A stretch of DNA of 64,000 nt from Moniliella sp. 'wahieum' (taxonomy: Eukaryota): positions 248,001 to 312,000 of the forward strand of contig RSEE01000064.1 in NCBI GenBank assembly GCA_003971905.1. The letters are read 5' to 3'. The stretch's first letter is position 1, and every line of letters begins with the position of its first letter. Position numbers and translations under genes: made by a program. This document shows, in pieces, positions 1-11,700 of this stretch. The notes under the pieces were generated by a model. It saw only the letters and a program-made list of their open reading frames with translations. It was not told the origin of the DNA and made no database searches.

Positions 1-1702
1 TTGGGGGCCATGTTTGCCCGTGAAGAAGGGTAACGGGGGGGCATGAATAATGATTGTCCATGTGCTTGACCGAATTGGTCTGATCCAGTAGCTCTCGACG
101 GGTGCACGCCCGTAGCAGGGGCACCAGTGTCCTCGCCCACCAGGCCCGTAGCCATCACTTGCGGGGACATGTTCCAGTTCAGCGAGCCCGTGGGCACCAT
201 GCGACTAAGCGAGGGGCAGTGCCAATCTGGGCCAACATACACACGCACGACGGCACTCTCTGTTTGGTTGGGTGCCGAGACCAATTGGCCATCCAATTGC
301 TGTGTGGCGTGCCTGGCATCGATGCTCCGAGCATAGGTAAAAGAAGCAACGCGATCATGCGACGGATTGTCACCATGAAAGCCAGCGGCAGTCATATGGC
401 CAAACTGGGATCCCAGCTGCCAGAGCATCACCTCGTCAAACCCGAGTGAGTAGAGGCCGTCAATGAATATTGTTTCAGGTTGCTCGACAGGAGGACCATG
501 GTCGTACAAGGGTCAATGGTTTCTTCCCCGGGAATTAAGGACAGACTGGGGCAAGCCGGCCCTGGTGCAACATTGGGATTCAAGCCAGCTGGCATCGACG
601 AAGCAAAGAGATCATGCAGCCAGTTAGAATAGGTTGTGGCGTCCGACGACGAACGGGGACGATCGTGGGCCATCCGTTCACAGAGATAGGCATTCTCTCT
701 GACATTATTGACCGGGTCCGACTCGCGACGGTAGCGAGAATTTTGCATGTGGCCCTCCTGTTGGGCCCAGGCAGGGGCGCGGGTCTCCTTATCGGACGGT
801 GCGACTGATGCGGGGCTGCGCTGGACAATGGCGTACGACACATCCAGTGTGTAACCAGCCCAGACATACTGGTTCAACTTCTTGATCACCTGGCGCGCCT
901 CATCTGGCGTCGCCATATCGATAAACCCGCGACGACGGGCTTGGGCATCAAGCATGGCTAGAATCATGCAGTGGGTCACACGGCCAAACTGAGAAACCAG
1001 CGCTTCGAGGTCCTCAGTGGCCACCTCGATGGGCAAGTTGAGCACATACAGGTTTGTGTCGTGCTCATGGCTGTCAAGATCATGGTTGCAGGTGGCCGTC
1101 GAGGAAGAAAGCAGTAGTGGCAGCTGGAGTATAGTTCGTCTTGGACCGGGCATCGAGAGTGTGAGAAGAGGCAGGTGGTGGGCGTTGGTGCGGCTTGCTC
1201 GCGTGGCCCGGAGATGAAGAGGAGGTAGAAGAGAGGGGGGGTGGGGGGGTGCCAACAAGCTCGACCGACATGGGCTCGCCAAACATGACCAAGCCCGAGA
1301 GACGGCGGGTAGCAGCGAGGGCTTCGTCGGCTGTGGCGAAGCCAATCTCGGCCACGGAGGAGGTGGCGGGGGAGCGGGGTCCTGGGGAGAGTGGATGAAC
1401 TGGAACGAGACAACCTGGCCGCACTGGCCAAAGAGGAGGCGGAGCTGCTTCTCGCATGCTGTGTGTGGGGGAGGGGGGGGGCAGAGGGAGACGGGTCAGC
1501 ATGAGGAAGGCGCATGGGTTGGTCGAAGAGAGGAGGACTGACCACTAGAGCCAATGTGGGAGACGATAACGGTGCGGGGGCGGGCAGGGCGGGGGGTGGC
1601 GGTGGCGATGGAGGGGCGGTGGCGGGGGCGGGGGGCAGTGGGACGGGCAGCGGTGGAGGCGAGGGGCGGCGGGCGCTGCGCAGAGGAGCGGGGGGCGGGC
1701 AT
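1..1702 (-). CDS. Three-RRM RNA-binding protein (3' end beyond window start; frameshifted in assembly)
   Basis: ATG 1702. Intron 1542-1459 (GTCAGT..gctgac..CAG). RRM1 TVIVSHIGSSACEKQLRLLFGQCGQV...EIGFATADEALAATRRLSGLVMFGEPMSVEL; RRM2 TNLYVLNLPIEVATEDLEALVSQFGRV...RRRGFIDMATPDEARQVIKKLNQYVWAGYTLDVSYA; degenerate RRM3 TIFIDGLYSLGFDEVMLWQLGSQFGHM...ARSIDARHATQQLDGQLV in a frame open from about 475 to position 1. Confidence 0.8.
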
Positions 1703-4700
1703 GGTGGGCGTGCTTGGGAGGGGGGTGGCGGGCGGAGAGAGGAGAGAGAGGAGGAGAAGAGAGAGGAGAAGAGAGGACGGCAGAGACAGAGGAGGGAGAG
1801 AGGATGGGTGGATGGATGGATGCGGGGCGGCGGCCGGAGGAAGCGTTATATGCGCGGCTTAAATTGGCGCAGGACGGATGATGGGGGTGGGTGACGCAGG
1901 GCCCATGCACGCGTGCCGCACCAGGGCAGTGTGGCGTGCTGCTCGGGTGGCAATGCTAATGCAGCTGCGTCCCAAGCAAACGCCGCTGCACCCTGGCGGC
2001 GTGCCCGCACCAAGCGAGTGCTGCGTCCTGAGCGGGCGTGCGCTGCGTCCTGGCAGCGCTGGGCGCCGGGTGTTTGTGCGCGGTGCAGTGTGCGTTGTGC
2101 CGCTGCTGCACGGGCACAGCCTGCCGCCGCGGTATTCAGTATGCAGCAGCTAGCAGCCAGCTGCCGCGCTCGCCGACAGCCAGCACGCATTCCACGCGTG
2201 TGTCCTGCGTGCGGCGTGCTGCGTGCTGCGTGTGTGCGCTTGTAGCCGGCAGTCCCCTTGCAGTGCGGTCGTCTGCTCCCTGCAGCCGAAGCGGAGGCCA
2301 GTGGGCCTGGGCCTGCTACGCGCCCCCCAGCCCACGCGCTCTACGTGAGGCACGGCACTGCGTTGCGTTGGGTTGCCCCAGACGCTGCGCGGACGACAGC
2401 GCTGTGCTCGTGCCTGCACCGGCACCCCTCGGTTCGGACCCAGCAGGACCCGCGCGGCAGAGTGCCCCCGTGCGGGGTGCTGCGACAGCGGCCATGCATG
2501 CGGGGGTGCGTGCGTACGTACGCTGGGCTCGGCTGAAAATGACCTCCCGACTGCGGCGGTGTGCTGCCTACGGACCGGCATCATCTATCCTGCGGCCGCC
2601 CTCATGCATCCGCCGCGCCCACCGTGCCTGGCTCTGCAGCGACGGGCAGACGACCGCAAGCAGCCCTCGCAGCCCACGCCTTCTGATTTGCCGCTGCTCC
2701 CTTCTTCGATCATCAGTAACTAGTAACATCAGGCCAGGCCACCCCCCCCCCCGTTTCGTCTGTGTATCTAGATCGAGATCCCACCGCCCCTTCTCCGCCT
2801 GCCCCCCTCAGCTCCTCGCGACTCGATCGCCTGTTTTATATCGAATCGAGCAACCAAAACACCCCTTTCCGGACGGAGAAGACAAAAGTATACACAGGTC
2901 TGCGGGTTACTGCGTGGGTGGCATCATGTGTGGAGCTTCATACAAGTCAAGCTTCAAGAAAGAAAGAAGCAAAGAGAAAAAAGCACGGGGGATGTATAGA
3001 TAGGCAAACTCCTACGCACGCACGGTCCACCGCAACACATATAGTGAGCAATCCCGCCGCACTACTGCCCAACAAACAACTGTTCTATCATAAAATCAAA
3101 CCAACAATGCTCCAGATCAATACGCCCCCCCGCTAGATCTCCGTCTCTCCTGTCCTTGGCGTGCCGCATCGGCCAGGGTTGGGACGAACAGACTGGAGAG
3201 GATAGCAGTTGGAAGACTCGATCAGACACCCCTTCTCCCTCGTTGAAGGGAGGGGCATATTCATTCAGGCTGCATGGAATTATGATGTCATGTAGGTACC
3301 AGAAAGAAGGAGAAGCAATGATCGAAATGATCCCACGATCAGCAACACTGATCAGAGACACAACATACCCTAAGAGGGTCAACAACTAAGGAAGACCAAG
3401 AAACGGCTCATATACGTACAGCCAGTGTATGTGTGTGACCTGTCACTTTTGTCCCTTGTCGCTGCCAAGCAGAACTAGGAGAACGACTACAAAATACTCT
3501 TGGCGTGTGCGTCAACAGCGAGGAAAGTGAGTTATATGCATGGTATTATTCCTCCCATGTGTCTATCTCCCGCGTAACAGGTACTCAAGAGTCTCGCCAT
3601 GACGTCAAACAGGTACCGACCATGGGAACACTACAGTAGTAGTTTTCTCTTTGTGGGCCAGAAGCCGAAGAGATATGACACACGATCTTGGCTTTGAATT
3701 AACATGGTCAGTTTCGCCTCATTAGTGCCCTTACTGCCTAAGAGGAGGGCGCATAATATAGAGGAAGATTAGTCGAAGGTTTACTAGTACCGTCCTCGCC
3801 CGAGCGGGAAAACTAGTGTGGCGCCAGCGCGCTCAGTCTCCAGGGCTTGACTGTCAGCGCGAGTGACGAAGATGGCTATCGCGATTGCGATTGCGATGAT
3901 GATTGCGGGGATGATGTGTCGGACGACGGTTTTTGTTATTGCGGAAAATAGATATCAGTCAAGTGCTTCGAAGTCTCGGCGGGCTCAACTTACATTCGCT
4001 GCGTCTATAGCGTGCAGGCTGTGCCATATGTACACACCCGGTAGGGCTATTGTAACCCTCGTCCCCTGTTGCTCGCTTGACGTTCTGCGGACGGTAGGCC
4101 GTACCTACACCAACGGCTAATAGGGGGGGGGGGGGACGACAGCGCGTGCGTTCACAGAAAGAGATTCATGAGATGGTGTGATACTGAAATAGGAACGGCA
4201 GAAGTGGATGGGTGAACAGCACGAACGCTGGCAGGCAGGCCAGCGGAGCTCGTACTCTCCCCCAAGTCTCAGAGGAGGCGAGCATTGGCCGGCGGGGGCC
4301 AACAGCGCCTCTACCCCACCTGTTTTCCTGCTCTCAAGATGACTTCGAATCGTACCCCCACGTTCAAAGGAAGGAGGGCGTGCCAAGTATCCAAGTACCC
4401 AGTCCTCGTTTTAAGTGTTGTTTGGTCGGAGCAGGAAGGAGTTTTACCCCGATCGTATGCCCAAAGTCGGAAGGAGAAAAGGGCATACCTCGCGATTACT
4501 TTCCCGTGGGAAAGGAGAGATGTGCGCACGGGTAAGCGTACACTCCTTTCCTCTCTCCCCGTTGTCGGGAGGGAGAGAAGCCCATCCATGGAAGGCGTGC
4601 GGACACGCCTTGTGAAGGGGAGCGTAATGTCACGGGCTGCGGCGGACCCGAGATGGTCCGACTCAAGCTATTAAGGCCCGTCTGCTCACCGCACATGCCC

Positions 4701-4959
4701 AGTAGAGCGTGCACCGCAGGCCAACCAAGTGTGATGATGGTTGGCAACTTAGGCGCCGTGGCCCGAGGGGCCATGCATCTGCGCGACAATAGTCGCCTCC
4801 CGCCCAAGCCCAAGTCGGCTGGCCTAAATAAGGCCATCGAGCTTCCAGTGTCGTTGCGACGACTGTCGCCTCTGTCCCCGTTTCCTTTTTCTTTCTCGGT
4901 CGCGCCTGCGGCTACCAACCCCACATTTGACGTCTCTTCCTTTCTACACCCCTTCTTGT

Positions 4960-5340
4960 ATCCGTTTTCCTTTTGATCTTGCCTGTATCCATGGTTGATG
5001 GAATCCTTTCCCCACCTTCCATTCTCGTCCACCCTCTACTCTCGTTCTTTCCCCCTACTCCTGCCCGTTTTCCAGCCAATTGATCCAGTACAGGCAGCTT
5101 CCTCTTGTTAGCGTCCAACTTCTCCCCCGACCTCTCGTCCTCCAGCAATCCGTCAGTCCAGTCGCGCGAGAGCCCTCCTCTGGTCGCGTCGATTTCCAGT
5201 CTCTGTTGAGGCAGTGTTGTCCCCCTCTGCCTCCTCCCGTCCCTAAATCCTGGAGGCTTCAGACACGTTACTACGACCCAAGCCGGTGCAGACGCAGCCT
5301 TGCCACACGAGCAGCCGTCCCATCAAAGGCCTCTCCTCGT
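4960..5340 (+). repeat. Dispersed degenerate repeat, copy A (probable transposon relic)
   Basis: Shares GCCTGTATCC.TGGTTG, TTCCCCACCTTC.ATTCTCGTC and GCCAATTGAT(C/T)CAGTACAGGCA with 15240-15460. Shares CCTCCCGTCCCT...AGGCTTCAGACACG.TACTAC with the reverse complement of 13850-13960. Confidence 0.75.
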
Positions 5341-5593
5341 CCCTAGCTTCTCTCGGATCCACCAACCAGCCCAAGCCCGAAACTATCGTGAGTCGACCTA
5401 CCGTCGCCTAAGGTATTGTACCCCAAAACCCCAGGGCAGGCCCCGTGGCGGCGCCCACCGGTGACAATGGTTAGTTGGATGTGGATATATATGGGAGAGA
5501 GAGAGAATTGAGGATAGGTTCACCCCACGTCTCATATCAGCCCCAGCGCCGAAACGAGTGAGTACCCCCAATACAAGCTCAAGCCGTGCCATC

Positions 5594-6511
5594 TCAGAGC
5601 TTTTGCATGGCGGCAATGTCAGTTGACTGGACATAGTCCTCGCCATCTGTTTCGATACTCTCCTGCACGTCGTCCAGCGATACCTTGTCATCCTCAACGA
5701 CGAGCGTGATCTGGAGCTTGTGCACACCATAGCCAACAGGAACAAGCCTGGAGGATCCCCAGATCAGCCCATCACGCTCAACAGAGCGCACCGTCTTCTC
5801 CAGCTCTGCCATCGGTCTCGTCGTCCCATGGCTTGACCTCGAGAGTGACAACCGACTTGGCCGGGCCCTTGGGGCCCTTAGCTGCCTTCTTCTTTTCGTA
5901 TTCGGCTACACGCTCGGCCTTGATCCGCTCCGCTTCAGGGTCCACCTCCTCGTCCGAGCCAAAGAGGTCAATCTCATCCTCCCCTTCCTCAGCAGGTGCA
6001 GACGCAGCAGCAACACCACCTGTTGCAGCACTAGATGCAGACAGGGCTGTAGCTGCAGCGGCCTTGTCGCCCTTGAGGGATGGGTGCTCAGCCTCGTACG
6101 AGCCAATGTGGGCAAACCAGCGGCCGACGTGGGGGTACTGGGCAAACACACCTGCGGCGAGAGCTTCGTAGGCCGCCATCAGCCTGAGAAAGCTCAGTTC
6201 TGTCAACAGAGTCACGGTGTCAGCCACACTGGTACAAACACAAACTGGTACAAACACAAGGCAGAGGAGGAGGGGTGGGATATCCGAGTGCCATAGAAGT
6301 GGTTGTCTTCACAGCGTAAAAAAGTCGCGAGGTCTTAATCCGCTGTGGGCTCGAAAACATGCACCATAGAGCGCGTTATGTTCAGCAGAGAGAGGGGGAG
6401 AGGAAAAGGGAAGGGCGACAAGGCCACGTACCCGGTAATGTAGGGCTTCTCGGCAAGGGCCTTGTCAAGACCAGCAAGGGCAGCCGTGTTGCGGAAGTCG
6501 GGGAGAGACAT
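5594..6511 (-). CDS. EFB1: Translation elongation factor 1-beta (eEF1B-alpha/beta)
   Basis: [27 protein letters not shown] | intron 6431-6200 | TELSQAD..AAYEAL...[11 protein letters not shown]...[12 protein letters not shown]...[16 protein letters not shown]...[37 protein letters not shown]...[14 protein letters not shown]. Two apparent small deletions near 6177 and 5811. Confidence 0.97.
6215..6350 (-). ncRNA. Candidate intronic H/ACA-box snoRNA in EFB1 intron
   Basis: Minus strand: hairpin CACAGCG/CGCTGTG (6347-6310), H-box-like AGACAA (6308-6303), second hairpin CCAC..GGCAC/GTGTT..GTGG, then ACA (6220-6218). No target identified. Confidence 0.35.
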
Positions 6512-7065
6512 TGGTCGTGAGAGATGGAGGGACGTAGGTTCGAAGGCGAGGATGGATGGAATGGACGGCTTAAATATTTTTGCAAGTGGCTTCCACATTT
6601 TTTTGTGTTGATTCGTTGCAGAGGCACCACGATGACGAAGAAAGTGACCGAAGGAGCAGGAGAGGGGGGTGGGTGGCGCAGAGGCCGACGGTGCTGAGGC
6701 TGCCATTTCCACGGTGTGCCGCTCCATATGCCACCTCGAATGCCAGAAGAATCTGACTGATACTAAAACTTGACGCTTGATGTGAATCTTGAAGGAAGCT
6801 GAGAGGGTGCTCGGAGGTGTACTCGAATACTTCTCCAAGTTTGGTTTCATCTTTTATCGATCATCGGTTGGATTGATCATCCAGGACGAGTCAGGTGACT
6901 TGTGACAGGCGACATCACATGTGACATGTCACATCCCACTGCCAACCGCGCCAGGAGGTGAGCACGGACCTGCACCAGGAAGGTCGAAGCGGCTGCGGAA
7001 CCTTCTCAGTGACGGGTGGGGTAAATACATTCCCCAGCCCCCACCACCTCCATCTCCTCCGCGCC

Positions 7066-8682
7066 ATGCTTGCTGCGCGCAGCCTGCGTTGTGCGCCGCG
7101 GGGTAGCCTGCGTGCTCCCTCTCTCCCACTTGCTCTCCCACCCGCTCTCGCACGCGCCGCCGCCACACACCGCACCCTCACCACCGCCGCCTCTCCACCC
7201 GCCGCGCTCGCCTCGGGGCTCGCGGAGCTGCGCGCACGCGGGCTGGTGCAGGACGTGTCCTCCCGAGCCGTCGACCCCCACATGGCCACCGCCGCCCGCA
7301 CAATCTACGTCGGCGTCGACCCTACCGCCGCGTCGCTGCATGTCGGCCACTTGATTCCCATCTTGTGCCTCGCCCACCTCGCCCGCGCCGGGCACCGAGG
7401 CATCGTCGTCATTGGCAGCGCAACCGGCTCGATCGGCGATCCCTCGGGCCGCAACACCGAACGCAACCAACTCGACAGTGAAACTCTTAATCGCAACTCA
7501 CGTGCACTGCGTGCCCAGGTCGATGAGCTCCTGCTACGTATCCAGGATCGGACCAACGCCCTGTTTGGACCTACTCCGCTCGCCATTGACGTTACCGACA
7601 ATACCGAATGGACCGCCGGGGAGCCTGCTGGAGTTTCTCAGAGACGTGGGCAAGCACGCTCGCATGTCCGATATGCTCGCCAGGGAGTCGGTCGCCTCAC
7701 GCCTGAGTCGCAGTGATGGTGGACAGGCGGCTGGGATGAGCTTTACCGAATTCACCTACCAGCTCTTGCAGGCCTTTGATTTCTACCACCTCCACGCCCA
7801 CCGCGGCTGTACTATCCAGTTGGGTGGGTCGGACCAGATGGGCAACATCATGGCTGGTGTAGAGCTCATTTTGCGCAAACGGGCATCGTCTTCGAATGAG
7901 TCGGCGTCCAACGCCGGGCATGAGCCGGCCTATGGCATTACCCTTCCCCTCCTCCTTACCTCGTCCGGGCAAAAGATTGGCAAGTCGGCCGGGAATGCGC
8001 TCTGGCTGACTCCTACCCTTTTGCCGCACGTGGACTTTTATCAATACTTTTATCGCTTGGGTGACGTGGATGCGGGCAAGGCGTTGCGTGCTTTGACCTT
8101 ACTCCAGAGACTGCCATTCGCGCTGCGGAAGAAGAACATCTATCCCACGGTAAGGCTAAGGCGTCCGAACGAGGACTACAGCGCCTGTTGGCGGACGAGG
8201 CGACACGCCTTGTGCGTGGAGACAAGGCGGTGGAAGATGTGCGACTGGCGGAAGAGTTGCTGGGAGGCGAAGCGTGGCGCACCGCATCTCGCCAAGACAT
8301 CGAAGCTGTCCTGGCCCCAGCTGTTGACCCCTCTAAAACCACTGATCCTGAAGCGGCCAGGCGCGCTGCCAAGCTAGTCCACGTACCTGAAGCCACACTT
8401 GCATCTTGGACTCTGACCGACTTGGTCGTCCAAGTGGGTAATGCAAAGTCTAAAGGTACGTATCTTCTTCTGGTCTCTCCTATGCTCCCACGACTGACCT
8501 TGTATGTTTATGATCACCCACTAGCCGAGGCCCAGCGCTTGATCAAGAACGGCGGCGTGACGCTCAATGGGGAGCGACAGGCTGACGCACGTCGTACTCT
8601 TTCTCTTGCTGATACGGCCGGTCCCCGCGCGCTACACCTGCGGATCGGGAAGCAAGAGCCGCGCATTGTGTTGGTCGAATAA
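7066..8682 (+). CDS. MSY1: Mitochondrial tyrosyl-tRNA synthetase
   Basis: Arg/Ala/Leu-rich presequence MLAARSLRCAPRGSLR; IYVGVDPTAASLHVGH (HIGH); ATGSIGDPSGRNTER; FTYQLLQAFDF; IQLGGSDQMGNI; KIGKS (KMSKS-like); C-terminal S4-like AEAQRLIKNGGVTLNG. In-frame intron 8456-8524; frameshifts near 7618 and 8100-8160. Confidence 0.96.
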
Positions 8683-8719
8683 AGAACGCATGCATTTCCA
8701 GGGAGTTTCGGCAGGGCTA

Positions 8720-11700
8720 ATAGGTAGCTGGAGGCATGAGAGACTACGATTGCCCGAAAGTGAAAGTGCGGGGCGTTTGCGGCGCGAACCAGGGAGTGGG
8801 GCGGGAGGGGTTGGAGGGCGAATCTTTTTCCCTTCGGACCGAGGGAAGGATGGGGCTGAGCACGATAAATGGGTATGGTAATGGAAAAAGAGTCCTAAGG
8901 CGGTCTAATGCGGATGATAAAGTAGGAACTGGGCTGTGGATGGTTGATCTGTGGGGGTAGTAGAGGTAAGACACGGCACCGGAACCTGGATCTCCTTGAT
9001 GGAAAATACGCGAAAACATCTGAAGTGTGTATGCGGGATAACACTGTGCCTGACCTAGACCGGTTCCAGAGGGAACTTCTTTGCACACTAGCAAACCCGA
9101 GATATCCTCATCCCATGCATGAACCAGGTGTCGTCTTCAGAAGGTACTAGGCTATTGGAATCTGCCCGATCGGTCACCTTGTTAGGCGCCTTTTAGGTAG
9201 GCATGCCCAAAGGGTCTGGGTCTTGACCTTGCCACGGTACAGCGGTCCTGATCAAAGAGGCCAAATCGTATCCGGATTCGAGCTTGATCACATCGGCCAA
9301 GATACAGGGCGTATTCTCTTACACTTCTGCCTGTGGGCAGCAGTAGTATAGTCAAGTAAAATCCAATCTCATCTATCGAGTCTCGCCTGCATAAAAACCC
9401 CTCTCTCATTTCCTCCTCTTGTCCTTTTCACCAAACACCGTCGTCTCCTCTTAACCCTCCTCTTCTTAGCCCACAAAATTCCCGTCCAACCGCAAACCAT
9501 GTACCTCTCTGTGAGTCATGGCGTGAGACGTAAGACAAAACATCGTTAGAGCAAATGAGCACATGGGGCTCTGGGATACAAGGCGTTAAGGATAAGGCAA
9601 GGAAACCGTAATAAGGGAGGTCGGACGACGTATCTCCTTCAGTTCCTAAGAAGCCAATTTCGACATGAGACTGTTCCCAACAGCGTCCCATGTCCGAGAA
9701 ACCACAGCGGCGTAACCCCGCTGTTCTTGCTTGCCTTACGTTGCCTTTAATTATAGAAGACGAATGGCCGAGAATGAATTGAAGACTGTGAATCGTGCGT
9801 AAGAGAATGTCTTGTCAGGATACAGCAGAGCTAAACATCAAGCGTATAAACAAGAGTGCGAATGGGTAAATGATGTATGTGGAGGAATTGGGGGCTATCC
9901 TGCTGATATGCGATGTGCCATCAGTGTCGGCGCAGTTTCTGTTTTTTCCACATCAAGGGAGCACCGCGGCCCTGCCACCCTGGTTAGGTTAGGTTGCCAC
10001 TGGCATTTCAGCGTTCTGTATCCCGCCGTTATATAGTCCACTGTTCGACGTTTCTATCATTTCATGATGTATTGCCCTAGTATGTTCAATCGTTACATCG
10101 GGGATTATTCACGGCCATTGAATGGTCAGTAGTTGCGCAGAAACGATCAGGCCTCAATTGTCACCCGGAGAGTACTTTTCCACGCTCGATACATGGCGAC
10201 ATAGACCTATTTCCTAGAAGGGACACTTGAGCTGCTGGCGGCTACCTAACTTCATCTTTTGGCTCCAACAGGTCCCACCAGTTCCCTAGGTTCCCTGCAT
10301 TATTTTCATCGCTTTCGGAAACAGTGCTTTAAGCTCTGTAAATGTCATGGATTCAAGATGGCGTAGATATTTCCGTCTTTCCGCTTGGAACATAGGTATC
10401 AGGCTCTGGGCAACGTGTGAGATGATCTGACCTGAGTAGCACCTTGCTATCTTCATATTGTATCCGATTGTTCCAGGCCGAGAGGAGCGCGTTGCTGCGG
10501 CTATATAGAAATCAATAGCAACACGAGCTTAGCACTCTATCTTACATCTGTTGGAAATGACTCAATTGGCGTGATACCTGTTGAAAGTGGGGCCGTCAAT
10601 AGGAAAGTCAATTTGATTTGACCACTATATCCTCATCTCTGCTAATCCATTGAACTTCATAATGTTAAGCGGTCTCCACTCGTCGGAGGCATGCCTCTTA
10701 TTTGTGAATGACCACAGACTCATCTCTACGCGTAGGTTGCACAAGCATTCATTTCGGTGTTGCATCGAATTTTACTGATTTTGCGGAAAACAGCAATAGA
10801 AGGAGTTGTTGGAGTTGTGCCCTGAAGGAAGAAGGGTTCCCGTCCGTTTATGCTTATTGAACAAAGTCATCTTCCCCCCTTTTGTTTTGGCGCACATCTG
10901 TTACTGATTATATTTTGAATGCAGTCCTTCAGGCTTTTTCATCACTGCGATTTATTCATTCCTTGATCAATTCATGATTAGATTTCCTACATCTGTTCGT
11001 CCTGGAGGTACGTATGGATCCTTTAAGCTCCGCCTTTCTTAATTGTTGCCATCCATTCTGCCTACTGTCTTTCGGGGTGCTCATTTGGAGGTGATGGAGT
11101 GCTTTATGTCCAATTGGTGTACCCATTATCGAAGTCGATAAGCGATAATGCATAATGATTCAACCGATGGTCGGTGCATTAACAAACCGAATGATCTGAA
11201 AACAACGGTAGGAAAGACTGCTCTGGCAAGGCCCGTAGGTGTGCCCCCCTTCACATTGCACAGTGCTGCCATCTGAATGGGAAGTAGCATCTCAGATTGT
11301 GTCGCTTTTTATCGGGCGTATATATATGACTCATGGCTGGCTTGCACGAACCAGATGGGCTGATGAAAGCGGGGATAACACCAGGCAGTATCTTTACCAC
11401 ATCGGAGCCCTGCAAGTTCGTTTGTCTACAGTTAACAGAAAAATCAATTATCCCATACCGGAATTTGGCGTCTGTTCTTAGTTCATACCGACCCCACCGG
11501 AAAGTCAGTTCTGTTGCCAGTAGATCAGGACCGGCGACTCCATTCTCCAACCATGAAATGGTTTTCGCAGGGACAAGTGAGCGTGGTGGAAAACATTTCT
11601 AATATGCATACAGTTGCCATTAATTCGGGCATCGCGCGATTTCGGATGTGGGTGGCTAGCTGCAGTCGTTTGGCGAAAGGAGCAAAGCCTTGAGAAGGTC

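Noticed and set aside
6300..6345. Cryptic exon after CCCACAG within the EFB1 intron
   Set aside because: It reaches an in-frame TGA within 11 codons and has no EF-1beta similarity. The downstream acceptor at 6200 restores the conserved SQAD motif.
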